Assembly (NCBI RefSeq): GCF_000009045.1
Contig: NC_000964.3
Coordinates: 2,850,001-2,882,000, forward strand
Reading direction: 5' to 3'
DNA: 32,000 bases
From: Bacillus subtilis subsp. subtilis str. 168
GTDB lineage: Bacteria > Bacillota > Bacilli > Bacillales > Bacillaceae
A model generated the notes under the pieces. That model did no database searches. It saw only the letters and a program-made list of their open reading frames with translations, and had not been told where the DNA came from. The position numbers and the translations under genes are program-made. Below are positions 10,735 through 21,021 of the stretch, one piece after another; the first letter of the stretch is position 1; each line of letters begins with the position of its first letter.

Positions 10735-11748
10735 TTATCTAGTTTTCCCTTTGAAAAGATGGATGTGCTCCAGTGCTTTCCCTGTTCCGATCGCTACACA
10801 ATCAAGCGGATCTTCGGCGATAAGGACCGGCATTTTTGTTTCTTCGCTGATGACTTTGTCCAAATTGCGCAAAAGCGCTCCGCCGCCGGTTAACACTATA
10901 CCTCTGTCCATGATATCTGCTGCAAGCTCAGGCGGTGTTTTTTCGAGTGTGCTCTTCACTGCTTCGACAATTGTAGATACAGTGTCGCGTAGAGCGTTAG
11001 AAATCTCTTTTCCTGTAATTTCAATTGTTTTCGGCAAACCTGTGAGCAAATCGCGGCCGCGGATTTCCATGTTGTCGGATTCTTCAGGAGCTTCTGCAGA
11101 TCCGATTTCCATTTTAATCGCTTCAGCCGTACGGTCACCGATCATCAGATTGTACGTTTTTCTGATGTAGTTGATAATCGCGTCATCCATCTCATCACCG
11201 GCTACACGGATTGACTGAGACGTTACGATGCCTCCGAGGGAAATAATCGCAACTTCTGTCGTACCGCCCCCGATATCAACAACCATGCTTCCAGTCGGTT
11301 CCCAAACTGGCAGATTGGCTCCGATTGCTGCGGCAAAAGGCTCTTCAATCGGATACGCGTCACGCGCTCCCGCCTGTCTTGTCGCATCGATAACAGCGCG
11401 TTCTTCAACAGCTGTAATGCCTGATGGGACACATACCATTACATATGGTTTTCTGGCAAACATGCCTTTATTTTTTATGGCCTGATTGATGTAATATTTC
11501 ATCATCGTCGCCGTTGTTTCATAATCAGCGATAACGCCGTCTTTCATCGGGCGAAGAGCCACCACGTTGCCCGGTGTCCGTCCAATCATATTTTTCGCAT
11601 CATTTCCGACAGCGACAATCGATTTCGTATCCGTCTGCAAAGCGACAACTGACGGCTCTCTCACAACAATTCCTTTTCCTTTTACAAAAACAAGCGTATT
11701 CGCAGTTCCAAGATCTATACCAAGGTCTCTAGCACCAATTCCAAACAT
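10735..11748 (-). CDS. mreB: Actin-like rod shape-determining protein MreB
   Basis: 337 aa; [55 protein letters not shown]. Confidence 0.98.
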
Positions 11749-11839
11749 ATGTATGTATCTTCCTTTCTTAAAGCAAAAATACCCTAAAGGGAAAAACTCA
11801 TAAACTCTATTATAGCTTAATTCGACGAAAAAAAAAGTG

Positions 11840-12535
11840 TTACAAATATCCTTTTTCCTTTAAACTCACAAATTTTTTATCCCCGATCACCAAATGGTCA
11901 AGCAGCTCGATGCCAATCAGGTTTCCGCATTCAAACAGCCGTCTTGTCACTTCAATATCTTCCCTGCTCGGCGTCGGATCTCCAGAAGGATGATTATGAA
12001 CACAGATAAAGGAAGCGGCAGATCGTTTAAACGCTTCTTTAAACACCTCTCGCGGGTGGACAATAGATGAATTCAGGCTTCCGATAAATACGGTGCGTTT
12101 ATGGATGACTTGATTTTTTGTATTTAAGTATAAACAGACAAAATGCTCCTGGGTTAAAAAGCGCATATCCTCCATGACAAGATTAGCGCCGTCTTCCGGG
12201 GAGCGAATAACGAAATGTTCTTCGTTGGCTAATTTATGAATCCGGCTTCCAAGCTCAACTGCTGCCAGTATTTGAATCGCTTTTACCATACCGATTCCCG
12301 GGATGCTTGACAGCTCTTCAACCGATGCTTCCTTGAGCAGGCGCAGCCCGTCAAATGAGCGCAGCAGCCGGTTTGACAGGTCCAAAACAGATTCGTGTTT
12401 AGTCCCTGTCCGCAATAATATAGCCAAAAGTTCATGATTCGCTAAGTTCTCGGCTCCGACTTTCAGGAGCCGTTCCCTTGGCTTTTCTTTCATTGGGAAA
12501 TCTTTGAGTTTTAATGGCAGATCGTGTATGACCAA
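11840..12535 (-). CDS. radC: RadC/YsxA family protein (JAMM/MPN+ domain)
   Basis: 231 aa; UPF0758/RadC motifs [40 protein letters not shown]. Confidence 0.95.
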
Positions 12536-12571
12536 GCACTCCTTTTCTTTCCCTTCCCGTTTATAGAACCG

Positions 12572-13141
12572 TCATGCCCTTATATCAAAATGGCGAAGAG
12601 CTCTCATTGTTTTTGATATAGGAAGGCCCATGACTGAATAATAATCTCCGTCTATTTTCTTTACAAAAAGCGCGCCTCTTCCTTGGATGCCGTATGCACC
12701 TGCTTTATCCATCGGCTCTTTTGTTTCAATATATGTCCAAATCTCTTCTTCACTGAGGGACCAAAACGCAACTTCTGTCTTATCATAAAAAGTCTCGCTG
12801 TGATTTTCAGCTTGAATGCTGACCGCGGTTATTACTGAGTGACTTCGGCCTGAAAGCCTCCGCAGCATAGAAGCAGCTTCTTCTTGATCCTGCGGTTTGC
12901 CAAGACATTCGCCGTCAAGGCATACCATTGTATCAGCACCGATAACGATTGCATGCGGGTGGAGATCAGCTACAGCCTTAGCTTTTTGTTTTGCCAACCA
13001 TTGGACGTTTTCTTCTGGTGAAAAGTTTCGATTTAATTTTTCTTCTACTTCACTGACAATAATGGAGTAGGGCAGCTGGAGAAGATCGAGGAGTTCTTTC
13101 CTGCGCGGAGATTGTGATGCAAGTATTAGCGGTTTTGTCAT
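12572..13141 (-). CDS. maf: Maf nucleotide pyrophosphatase / septum formation inhibitor
   Basis: 189 aa; [57 protein letters not shown]. Confidence 0.97.
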   Translation of the reverse strand: MTKPLILASQSPRRKELLDLLQLPYSIIVSEVEEKLNRNFSPEENVQWLAKQKAKAVADLHPHAIVIGADTMVCLDGECLGKPQDQEEAASMLRRLSGRSHSVITAVSIQAENHSETFYDKTEVAFWSLSEEEIWTYIETKEPMDKAGAYGIQGRGALFVKKIDGDYYSVMGLPISKTMRALRHFDIRA

Positions 13142-13248
13142 GTTCGTCATCCTTTCAGGGTTTGCTTAAGAAAAAAAGATACTCGTTTATCCTACCAAAT
13201 CACGAGGCTTGTCACAATTTCAGAAAAATAACTTTTTCATGACAAAAT

Positions 13249-13279
13249 AAAAAAAGCCTGTCACTAAAGGACGAAGGCT
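13249..13279 (-). terminator. Rho-independent terminator downstream of spoIIB
   Basis: Minus strand AGCCTTCGTC-CTTTAGT-GACAGGCT followed by TTTTTTT. Confidence 0.65.
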
Positions 13280-13293
13280 CAGGGCACTATCTC

Positions 13294-14292
13294 TTATTTT
13301 ACGACGGCTAACAGCTCCTGCTGAGCCTTCCACCCGGCTTCAGCACTTGGATCCTCTAATTCCTTTAAAGCCTGCAAAATCGCTTTTTTCTCTCCTGTTT
13401 CTGACGCTTTTGTTTCACCAAGCGACTTTTCTATTTTCTCTACACTCGCTTTTGTAATGTCTTCGTCGAGAATCGCCTTTGCTGCAAGCTCCGCTGTTTC
13501 CTTAAAAGAATCTGTCATATCTGACTCTATTGATAAGGAAAGCTCCTTGCCTCCCCAGGCTTCAAAATCACTGTCGATTAAAACCTGTCCTAACTGCTGT
13601 GAGACCTCCTTTTCACTTGCTAAGCCTGCAATAACATACGTATACCCGTCATCCTTTGACAGTGACACGGCGGAATATCCTTTTTCGGTCAATTGTTCTG
13701 TTAACGTTTCGGCGCCCTTTTCATTTGAAAATTTTCCGGCTTGCACAGCGTATGTTTTGTATGTACCTTCAGTTTGTGCCGCTTGTTTTTCTGCGCCTGA
13801 GGTTTGTTTATCAGCAGAAGTATCCCCTGCTTTTGCCGTTTGGCTGCCTAAAGAATCCTCTAAAGAGGCCGGTGCTGACGCTTCTTTATTCCCCGATATG
13901 TTTAACGCGAATAACCCTAATCCAGTGCCAATGACAGCCGCGAAGGCAATCGTCGCGGCCACTCTTTTTACCGGTTTGGCAGCCCCGGTCTTTCCTTTTG
14001 CGTAAAGCTTTGTTTTTTTCTTTTGAAAAGGAGGAACAACTTTAGGGTCCTCTTTAAACACCTTGTCCTCCTCGGAATCCCAATTGAATTCATCTTCATC
14101 AGGGTGTTCCTGGGATGCCGCAACCTCTTGTTCTGCCTGTCTTTTTTCCTCCCAATTTGAAAATGTCATGCTTTTATTCGCCTCTGTCTCAGGCGTCTCT
14201 TGTTCGTAAACCGTCTCTTCTTTTCCATTAATCGTCACCTTGAGGGCTTTTTCTGCGGCTTTACTGTTTTTTTTATTCTTTCTTTTTTTCAA
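13294..14292 (-). CDS. spoIIB: SpoIIB, stage II sporulation protein with SPOR domain
   Basis: 332 aa; cytoplasmic charged N-terminus, one TM (VAATIAFAAVIGTGLGLFAL), SPOR-type domain TYKTYAVQAGKFSNEKGAETLTEQL. Confidence 0.95.
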   Translation of the reverse strand: MKKRKNKKNSKAAEKALKVTINGKEETVYEQETPETEANKSMTFSNWEEKRQAEQEVAASQEHPDEDEFNWDSEEDKVFKEDPKVVPPFQKKKTKLYAKGKTGAAKPVKRVAATIAFAAVIGTGLGLFALNISGNKEASAPASLEDSLGSQTAKAGDTSADKQTSGAEKQAAQTEGTYKTYAVQAGKFSNEKGAETLTEQLTEKGYSAVSLSKDDGYTYVIAGLASEKEVSQQLGQVLIDSDFEAWGGKELSLSIESDMTDSFKETAELAAKAILDEDITKASVEKIEKSLGETKASETGEKKAILQALKELEDPSAEAGWKAQQELLAVVK

Positions 14293-14362
14293 TTCCGCTT
14301 CCTCCCTTCATTTGCTTGACCGTTCTTGTCGGCTTTTCATGCTACACACTTTAGCACAGGCA

Positions 14363-14397
14363 AAGAAAAAAAGAACAAGACTTTTGTCGCCTTGTCC
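14363..14397 (-). terminator. Rho-independent terminator downstream of comC
   Basis: Minus strand GGACAAG-GCGACAAAAGT-CTTGTTC followed by TTTTTTTTC. Confidence 0.6.
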
Positions 14398-14425
14398 AAA
14401 AAACGTTCGTCAAATTTTTCAGCAG

Positions 14426-15172
14426 TCAGCCCAATGCCATTTTGATATAAAAAGAAATGATAGAGTCACCGTATAAATAGGCTAAAATGCTCCCTGCGGC
14501 TATAGCGGGGGCGAAGGGAAGCGGCTGCCTTTTAGCGAGTCTACCAGTCAGAACAGCTGCCGCTCCATATAATGCACCTATCAAAACTGAAAAGAAAAAG
14601 GCAGCTGCCAGCATTTTCACACCAAGCACAAAGCCAATCACCGCAAATAATTTAATATCTCCTCCCCCTACTCCCCCATGGGTGATTGCGGCAATTACAG
14701 CCAGAAACAAAAATCCGGCTGCCGCACCTAACAGGCCTGCATACCAGGAATCAAGCGGAGAAATCAATCTCGCGGCCGCCAAAAAGGGAAGAAAGAAAAT
14801 CAATATTCGATTTGGAATCAGCATAAAATGAATATCTGTCACTGCAACAATAATGAGAAGAGAGATAAACACCACAGCGGGAAACAGTTCCAGCGATATG
14901 CCAAAGCGTATTCCTGCGGCGGCAAATAAACACGCTGTCACAAGCTCTGCTGCGGGATACATAAAAGAAATCCTATGCCCGCAGCTTTTACATTTACCTT
15001 TTTGAAATAGGAATGACAGGATGGGAATTAATTCTGCAGGAGTTAATGTTCGCCGGCAAAACGGGCATGATGAACGGGGCGCAATAATAGATAGATGTAA
15101 GGGGATACGGCACCCGGCCGTATAGTAAAAAGAACCAAGGATAAGCCCGAAGATAAAAAGAATGGATAGCAT
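14426..15172 (-). CDS. comC: Prepilin peptidase ComC (late competence)
   Basis: 248 aa from MLSILFIFGLILGSF; CPFC..C..CG cysteines, DIHFMLIPN and GGGDIKLFAVIG motifs. Track start adds 27 aa upstream. Confidence 0.95.
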   Translation of the reverse strand: MLSILFIFGLILGSFYYTAGCRIPLHLSIIAPRSSCPFCRRTLTPAELIPILSFLFQKGKCKSCGHRISFMYPAAELVTACLFAAAGIRFGISLELFPAVVFISLLIIVAVTDIHFMLIPNRILIFFLPFLAAARLISPLDSWYAGLLGAAAGFLFLAVIAAITHGGVGGGDIKLFAVIGFVLGVKMLAAAFFFSVLIGALYGAAAVLTGRLAKRQPLPFAPAIAAGSILAYLYGDSIISFYIKMALG

Positions 15173-15264
15173 AGACAACACACCTTTACTCATTGAGTTC
15201 TGGTATGGATTGTAGCAAAATGGACATCCTGAGCTCCAATTGGGAATATTCAATTTTACACATG

Positions 15265-15298
15265 AAAAAAACGGCAGAATCTTTTTTTGATTCTGCCG
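15265..15298 (-). terminator. Rho-independent terminator downstream of folC
   Basis: Perfect 10-bp stem CGGCAGAATC-AAAAAAA-GATTCTGCCG (minus strand) followed by TTTTTTT. Confidence 0.92.
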
Positions 15299-15311
15299 GA
15301 GCCGGATGCTT

Positions 15312-16604
15312 TTATTTCAACCTTTTTCGAATGTCAGAAATAAAGTAAAGAGATCCGGTAATCAGCACAATTTCATTTGAGCCCTTTTTACTTTCTATGA
15401 ATTTGATTACATCGTCTGGATCTTCACTCCAGCTTTTATTGCTGATTTCACTTGCATCATAGAGATCTTTTGCAAGGGAAGCACGCGGGAAATCAAAAGA
15501 AGCAAAATGAATCGCATGAGCAATGGTTTCCAGTCTTTTAATCATGTTCTGATACGGTTTGTCCTTTAACGCGCTAAACACCACAGAAATGCGTGAATTG
15601 GCGAAACGCTGCTTCATCGTTTCCGCCAGCTTTTCAACACCTTCTTCGTTATGCGCACCGTCTAAATATACCGGAGGATGTTCCTGAACAAGCTCTAACC
15701 GTCCCGGCCAAGCAGCCTTCACAAGCCCGCTCCTTAACGCTTCGTCACTGATATGGGCGATATTCTCCTTATTGAGCCACTCCGCAGCCAAAATGGACAA
15801 AGCAGCATTTTGTCTTTGATGGGTGCCAATCAGAGATGTCCGAATATCTTCATAGCATTTCTCTTCCGTTTTGAATGAAAACTGTTCTCCTGCAGGCAGA
15901 GCCTCTTCATTGAAAATAACACATGCATCATGCAATGACTGGAACGGCGCAGCATGCCGTTCGGCTTCATGGCGGATGACCTGTAAAGCTTCCGGCTGGG
16001 TAACTGCTGTAACGATTGGAATACCTTCTTTAATAATGCCGGCCTTTTCTCCTGCAATTTCTTCAATGGTGTTTCCCAAAATGTTCATATGATCGTGTCC
16101 GATGCTTGTAATCACAGTTAAGAGCGGTTCAACCACATTAGTAGAATCGAATCTACCGCCCAGACCTGTTTCAAAAATAACAAAATCGACCTTATGAAAC
16201 TCTGCAAAATATAAAAATGCACAAGCTGTCATAATTTCAAATTCTGTCGGCTGTCCGTATTCCGTTTGATCAAGGGCTTCAACGTGCGGTTTCATTTGAT
16301 TGACGAGTGCTGTCCATTCCTCATCTGAAATCGGTATCCCGTTTACGCTGATCCGTTCATTAAACGTAATAATATAAGGCGATGTAAATGTTCCAACCGT
16401 ATATCCGGCTTCCTGCAGCATAGAACGGATAAAAGCGACAGTTGATCCTTTACCGTTTGTTCCTGCGACGTGGAACGCTCGGATTTTTTTTTCAGGATGT
16501 CCTAACCGCGCCATCAGCTGTTTCATTCGACCAAGTCCGGGCTTCACCCCGAATTTCAGCCTCCCGTGAATCCAGCTGCGCGCATCTTGATATGCAGTAA
16601 ACAA
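15312..16604 (-). CDS. folC: Folylpolyglutamate synthase / dihydrofolate synthase
   Basis: 430 aa; HVAGTNGKGSTVAFI, TSPYIITFNERI, IGHDHMNILGNT, YLDGAHNEEG. Confidence 0.97.
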   Translation of the reverse strand: MFTAYQDARSWIHGRLKFGVKPGLGRMKQLMARLGHPEKKIRAFHVAGTNGKGSTVAFIRSMLQEAGYTVGTFTSPYIITFNERISVNGIPISDEEWTALVNQMKPHVEALDQTEYGQPTEFEIMTACAFLYFAEFHKVDFVIFETGLGGRFDSTNVVEPLLTVITSIGHDHMNILGNTIEEIAGEKAGIIKEGIPIVTAVTQPEALQVIRHEAERHAAPFQSLHDACVIFNEEALPAGEQFSFKTEEKCYEDIRTSLIGTHQRQNAALSILAAEWLNKENIAHISDEALRSGLVKAAWPGRLELVQEHPPVYLDGAHNEEGVEKLAETMKQRFANSRISVVFSALKDKPYQNMIKRLETIAHAIHFASFDFPRASLAKDLYDASEISNKSWSEDPDDVIKFIESKKGSNEIVLITGSLYFISDIRKRLK

Positions 16605-16630
16605 TGATAATCCCCTCTTTTATAAGACAA

Positions 16631-16652
16631 GGCGGTTTCTCTAGAAACCGCC
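16631..16652 (-). terminator. Hairpin between valS and folC, possible partial terminator or processing site
   Basis: GGCGGTTTCT-AG-AGAAACCGCC on the minus strand, followed by TTGTCTTAT (imperfect T-tract). Confidence 0.5.
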
Positions 16653-16663
16653 CCGGCTTTTCA

Positions 16664-19306
16664 TTAACCCTTCAGCTCAGCCATTCGTTTTTGAACAGCG
16701 TCACGCTTCGCCACATAATCTTTTTCTTTTTCACGTTCTTCATCAATTACGTGTGCAGGCGCTTTTTTCATAAATCCTTCATTTCCAAGTTTCTTTTGGA
16801 CACGCTCAACTTCTTTTGTCAGTTTATCAAATTCTTTTTGCAGACGGGCAATTTCTTCATCAATATTGATTAAGCCTTCAAGCGGAAGAATAACCTCTGC
16901 TCCTGAGACAACGGCCGTCATCGCCTTATCAACAGCCTCAATATCGGTGCCGATTTTAAGCACGCTCGGATTCGTAAAGCGTTCAACATATGAACGGTTC
17001 GCTTCGAGGCGGGACGCTATTTCGTCTGTGCTTGTTTTAATGTACAGTTCAACCTGCTTGCTCATTGGCGTATTGACTTCACTGCGGATATTGCGCACAG
17101 AACGGATCAGCTCAACAAGAAGCTTCATGTCAGCTGCCGCTTCAGTATCGGTATGCTCCGGCACTACTGCAGGCCATTGACTTACTGTAATCGATTCCCC
17201 TTGGTGAGGAAGGTGCTGCCAAATTTCCTCCGTTAAGAATGGCATAAACGGATGGAGCAGACGCATCGTTTGATCAAGTACGTAAGCAAGGATGGAACGG
17301 GTAGTTTTCTTAGCCGCTTCGTCTTCTCCATAAAGCGGAAGCTTCGCCATTTCAATATACCAATCACAGAAATCATCCCAAATAAAGTTATATAAATGGC
17401 GTCCTACTTCACCAAATTCATATCGGTCAGCAAGCTGGGTCACGTGCTCGATCGTTTCATTTAATCGCGTTAAAATCCACTTGTCAGCGACTGACTTTTC
17501 ACCTGACAGATCAAGCTCATCGTACGTCATGCCATCCATATTCATTAATGCAAAACGGGAGGCGTTCCAAATTTTATTGGCAAAATTCCAGGTCGATTCC
17601 ACTTTTTCATAGCTGAAGCGCAGATCCTGGCCAGGAGAGCTTCCAGTCGCAAGGAAATAACGCAGAGAATCGGCTCCGTACTTGTCAATCACATCCATCG
17701 GGTCGACACCGTTGCCAAGAGATTTACTCATTTTCCGGCCTTGCTCGTCACGGATTAAGCCGTGGATTAAAACATCTTTGAACGGGCGCTCGCCTGTAAA
17801 TTCAATGCCTTGGAAAATCATGCGTGATACCCAGAAGAAAATGATATCGTACCCTGTCACGAGAACATCTGTCGGATAGTAGCGTTTAAAGTCTTCAGCC
17901 GTTACATCAGGCCAGCCCATTGTGGAGAAAGGCCATAGCGCAGAACTGAACCATGTATCCAGTACGTCTGTATCCTGTTCCCAATTTTCGCTGTCTTCCG
18001 GCGCTTCAAGTCCGACATATAGCTCGCCTGTTTCTTTATGATACCAGGCAGGAATACGATGGCCCCACCACAATTGACGGGAGATACACCAGTCGCGGAT
18101 ATTTTCCATCCAGTGTAAATACGTTTTTTCGAAACGGTCAGGCACAAAGTTGACCTTTTCTTCTTTTTTTTGCAGCTCAATCGCTGCATCAGCAAGCGGC
18201 TGCATGCGCACAAACCATTGTGTAGAAAGATAAGGCTCCACAACAGCCCCGCTTCGTTCACTATGGCCGACAGAGTGCATATGATCCTCGATCTTGAAGA
18301 GAACTCCCGCCTCCTGTAAATCTTTCACGAGCTTTTTGCGGCATTCAAAACGATCCATACCTTGATATTGGAGCGCATTTTCATTCATCGTGCCATCTTC
18401 ATTCATGACAAGGATGCGTTCTAAATTGTGGCGGTTGCCAAGCTCGAAGTCGTTCGGATCATGAGCAGGCGTAATTTTCACGGCACCTGAACCAAATTCC
18501 ATATCAACATAGTCATCACCGACAATCGGAATTTCACGATTTACAATCGGCAGGATCACCGTTTTTCCGATAAGGTGTTTATAGCGCTCGTCTTCAGGGT
18601 GAACGGCAACAGCTGTATCACCGAGCATTGTTTCAGGACGTGTCGTCGCAATTTCAATTGAGCCTGAACCGTCAGCAAGCGGATAGCTCATATGATAGAA
18701 TGCGCCTTGAACATCCTTGTAAATCACCTCAATGTCGGATAGGGCTGTTTTTGTCGCTGGGTCCCAGTTAATAATATATTCGCCTCTGTAGATCAGGCCT
18801 TTTTCATAAAGCTTAACGAATACTTCCCTTACCGCTTTGCTCAAGCCTTCATCCAGCGTAAAACGTTCACGGGAATAATCTAGGCCAAGACCTAATTTCG
18901 CCCACTGGCTGCGAATAAAGTCAGCATATTCTTCCTTCCACTTCCACGTTTCTTCGAGGAATTTTTCACGGCCTAAATCGTAGCGGGATTTGCCTTCTTC
19001 ACGAAGTTTCGCCTCCACTTTAGCCTGTGTCGCGATGCCGGCGTGGTCCATGCCAGGAAGCCACAGCACATCATAGCCCTGCATGCGTTTCATTCTTGTT
19101 ACAATGTCTTGCAGCGTTGTGTCCCATGCGTGGCCAAGGTGAAGTCTCCCTGTTACGTTTGGCGGCGGGATGACAACAGAGTATGGCTCTTTTGTCTGGT
19201 CACTGCCCGCTTCAAAAAATTTGCCTTTTAGCCAAAAATCATATCGGTCTTTTTCAACCGCTGCCGGATCATATTTCGTCGGCATTGTTTGTTCATTCGT
19301 TTCCAT
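16664..19306 (-). CDS. valS: Valyl-tRNA synthetase
   Basis: 880 aa; class I HLGH ([16 protein letters not shown]) and KMSKS ([11 protein letters not shown]), C-terminal coiled coil. Confidence 0.99.
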   Translation of the reverse strand: METNEQTMPTKYDPAAVEKDRYDFWLKGKFFEAGSDQTKEPYSVVIPPPNVTGRLHLGHAWDTTLQDIVTRMKRMQGYDVLWLPGMDHAGIATQAKVEAKLREEGKSRYDLGREKFLEETWKWKEEYADFIRSQWAKLGLGLDYSRERFTLDEGLSKAVREVFVKLYEKGLIYRGEYIINWDPATKTALSDIEVIYKDVQGAFYHMSYPLADGSGSIEIATTRPETMLGDTAVAVHPEDERYKHLIGKTVILPIVNREIPIVGDDYVDMEFGSGAVKITPAHDPNDFELGNRHNLERILVMNEDGTMNENALQYQGMDRFECRKKLVKDLQEAGVLFKIEDHMHSVGHSERSGAVVEPYLSTQWFVRMQPLADAAIELQKKEEKVNFVPDRFEKTYLHWMENIRDWCISRQLWWGHRIPAWYHKETGELYVGLEAPEDSENWEQDTDVLDTWFSSALWPFSTMGWPDVTAEDFKRYYPTDVLVTGYDIIFFWVSRMIFQGIEFTGERPFKDVLIHGLIRDEQGRKMSKSLGNGVDPMDVIDKYGADSLRYFLATGSSPGQDLRFSYEKVESTWNFANKIWNASRFALMNMDGMTYDELDLSGEKSVADKWILTRLNETIEHVTQLADRYEFGEVGRHLYNFIWDDFCDWYIEMAKLPLYGEDEAAKKTTRSILAYVLDQTMRLLHPFMPFLTEEIWQHLPHQGESITVSQWPAVVPEHTDTEAAADMKLLVELIRSVRNIRSEVNTPMSKQVELYIKTSTDEIASRLEANRSYVERFTNPSVLKIGTDIEAVDKAMTAVVSGAEVILPLEGLINIDEEIARLQKEFDKLTKEVERVQKKLGNEGFMKKAPAHVIDEEREKEKDYVAKRDAVQKRMAELKG

Positions 19307-19343
19307 CATAACCCTCCAGCATGTTTAAAAATGGCTGAGAACG

Positions 19344-19617
19344 AAAAAAGAGCTCTTCATCCCTGTAAAAGGACGAAAAGCTCTTTCGCGGTACCACCTT
19401 TTTTCATGAACTCAATCAGTTCATGCACTTATAACGGATAACGGGTGTTTCCCGAATTTCTCTACTCTTCTTTCAAGAAATTATGCTCCCGGGCGACCTT
19501 CCAATCAGACAACATAAGAAGCCTTTCAGCAAACGGCTTCTCTCTCTGCATGCGCCTTTTTTGTACTCTTCCCGTTCTAAGCAGGTGTATTTATCAGCTC
19601 ATTGTATACATTATTTA
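19344..19617 (-). ncRNA. T-box riboswitch leader of valS (tRNA-Val responsive) including terminator
   Basis: Canonical T-box sequence AGGTGGTACCGCG (minus strand, about 19388-19400); terminator AGAGCTTTTCGTCC-TTTTACA-GGGATGAAGAGCTC-TTTTTT; candidate GTC (Val) specifier at 19495-19497 in GGAAGGTCGCC; AGTA-type motif GAAGAGTA near the 5' end. Confidence 0.93.
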
Positions 19618-19625
19618 TGTTCTTT

Positions 19626-19655
19626 ATTATAGTAAAAGTGTTTTTGATTCGTCAA
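19626..19655 (-). promoter_or_regulatory. SigmaA promoter of valS leader
   Basis: TTGACG (19650-19655), 18-nt spacer, TATAAT (19626-19631) on the minus strand. Confidence 0.85.
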
Positions 19656-19698
19656 TCATCTTTTCCAAAAACACCGCTTTCTATACAGATGGGCAGGC

Positions 19699-19725
19699 AC
19701 CTATTGCCCAAGTTTACATATGATG
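19699..19725 (+). promoter_or_regulatory. Putative mother-cell (sigmaK-like) promoter for the small ORF
   Basis: AC (19699-19700), 16 nt, CATATGATG (19717-19725), compared with a sigmaK-type AC-N16-CATAnnnTA. Weak short motif. Confidence 0.3.
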
Positions 19726-19753
19726 CTTGTAAATGCGTAGAGGAGGATGCACC

Positions 19754-19945
19754 GTGAAGAAACGTTTCAGCTCTTATTCGCTGCCGCCATGGGTAAGGCA
19801 AATTCGGCTTGTATCCGCACAAGTGATTATTCCCATTACGATTTTTCAAGGAATCAGAACCATTTTCTTTCCGACAACCTTTGATGTTTTGCTGCTCGCA
19901 ATCCTAATCTTTTTAGCTTGCGCCCTTCATTTAGAATGGATATAA
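19754..19945 (+). CDS. Small hydrophobic (putative membrane) protein of 63 aa
   Basis: GTG start preceded by GAGGAGG with about 7-nt spacing; (V/M)KKRFSSYSLPPWVRQIRLVSAQVIIPITIFQGIRTIFFPTTFDVLLLAILIFLACALHLEWI, with two hydrophobic segments. Confidence 0.65.
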   Translation: MKKRFSSYSLPPWVRQIRLVSAQVIIPITIFQGIRTIFFPTTFDVLLLAILIFLACALHLEWI

Positions 19946-19952
19946 ACAAACA

Positions 19953-19977
19953 AGTCCGCGCCATTAAGACGTGGACT
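19953..19977. terminator. Hairpin shared by the small + ORF and convergent ysxE
   Basis: AGTCCGCG-CCATTAAGA-CGTGGACT (8-bp stem, one G.U), followed by CGTTTTC on + and TGTTTGTTTAT on -. The ysxE stop (19964-19966) is in the loop. Confidence 0.5.
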
Positions 19978-20989
19978 CGTTTTCAGCCTGAAATTTTTTC
20001 TCTTGTTCAATCTGATGAATTTTCATCACAAACGGCTCTATGTTTTTCATTTGCCAATAAGCCTTTAATAATTGTGTACATTCCTCTTTTTCATGCTGTC
20101 TTTTCCCAGTTTGATAACCGTTCAGCACCTTGTACATGGCTGCCGGATATGCCATATAGCTGAGAAAAAGGCTGACTTCCGCTTCACGCAAAGGGAATGA
20201 TTTCGTATATCCATAAAACCATTCGACGCATTCCGGACAAGCTTTCGGAAAGCCTCTGAACATTTTTGTATAAAAGCCGAGCAGGTCGTTTTGCGGCGGA
20301 CCGACAGATGCTCTTTCGAAGTTTGTAAAATATCCGGTCCCGGCATCATTATACAGAAAATGGTGTATAGACAGGCTGCCGTGGTTCATTACAACCCTTG
20401 AAACGTCCTTTTCCTTTGCGGACTCATACCAGTCCTCCAGCCGTTCCAGCGCAAAGTTCACCGCGGAAATGGTTTCAGAAAAATAGGTTATGGCCTGGAG
20501 TTCAAAGGGAGAAAGGTACCATTCCTTCTCCGCTCTATCCACAAACTGCTCATAGAAAATTTTATCTTGTTCCCACTTTTTTTTCGTTTGCCCGTAATAA
20601 CGTTCAATCTCATCACGTCTAACCTTTAGTTCCTGCGCGGTTCTCTCGTGAAGACGGGCTGTTTCTCTAAATAAATAAGCATGTTTTTGATCCCGTTCTT
20701 CCTCTTGGTCAAATTGGAGCCAAGGCATTAAATAGTAGATATCTCCGTATTGTATGCCTGCTGAGAAAAACTCACCGCTATTTGTTCTGTAAACGGGAAC
20801 GAATGAACGAAAGCCTTTTTCCTCAATCGCCACCATATGATCTGTAAAATGCTTGCCGCGACCTTCTTTCAATTTTTTCAGGGCAAATATGCCGTAGTCT
20901 GTATACACTTTCCAAACAAGAGGACTGACAGGCTCAATAAATTGAGCAGTCAGTCCGTATTCCTGAAGAACCGATTGGGTATCTTCCAT
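19964..20989 (-). CDS. ysxE: YsxE, CotS-like kinase-fold spore coat-associated protein
   Basis: 341 aa from [13 protein letters not shown] (SD GGTG); kinase-like [15 protein letters not shown], and ysxE follows spoVID. Track start (GTG, 21001) is 4 aa upstream. Confidence 0.88.
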
Positions 20990-21021
20990 TTCATTCACCA
21001 CATTTTCCGATCACTTACGGT

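Noticed and set aside
13457-14005. 182-aa + strand ORF antisense to spoIIB, and similar antisense ORFs at 5500..5850, 6096..6317, 10751..11170, 11223..11803, 14487..14831, 17682..18153
   Set aside because: They lie opposite well-supported genes. Low-complexity Ser/Ala/Pro or Cys/Phe-rich products are typical of the antisense frame of biased codons.
16604-16873. + strand 89-aa Phe-rich ORF over valS C-terminus and the valS/folC hairpin
   Set aside because: Antisense to the Lys-rich valS coiled coil (AAA/AAG codons give TTT/CTT), a codon-bias artefact.
17902-18261. 119-aa minus-strand ORF inside valS
   Set aside because: Out-of-frame within the conserved valS catalytic region, no independent SD or promoter; the product has no recognisable domain.
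19652-19849. 65-aa minus-strand ORF overlapping the valS promoter and the small + ORF
   Set aside because: It ends immediately upstream of the valS promoter and has no convincing SD. The overlapping + frame has much better initiation signals.
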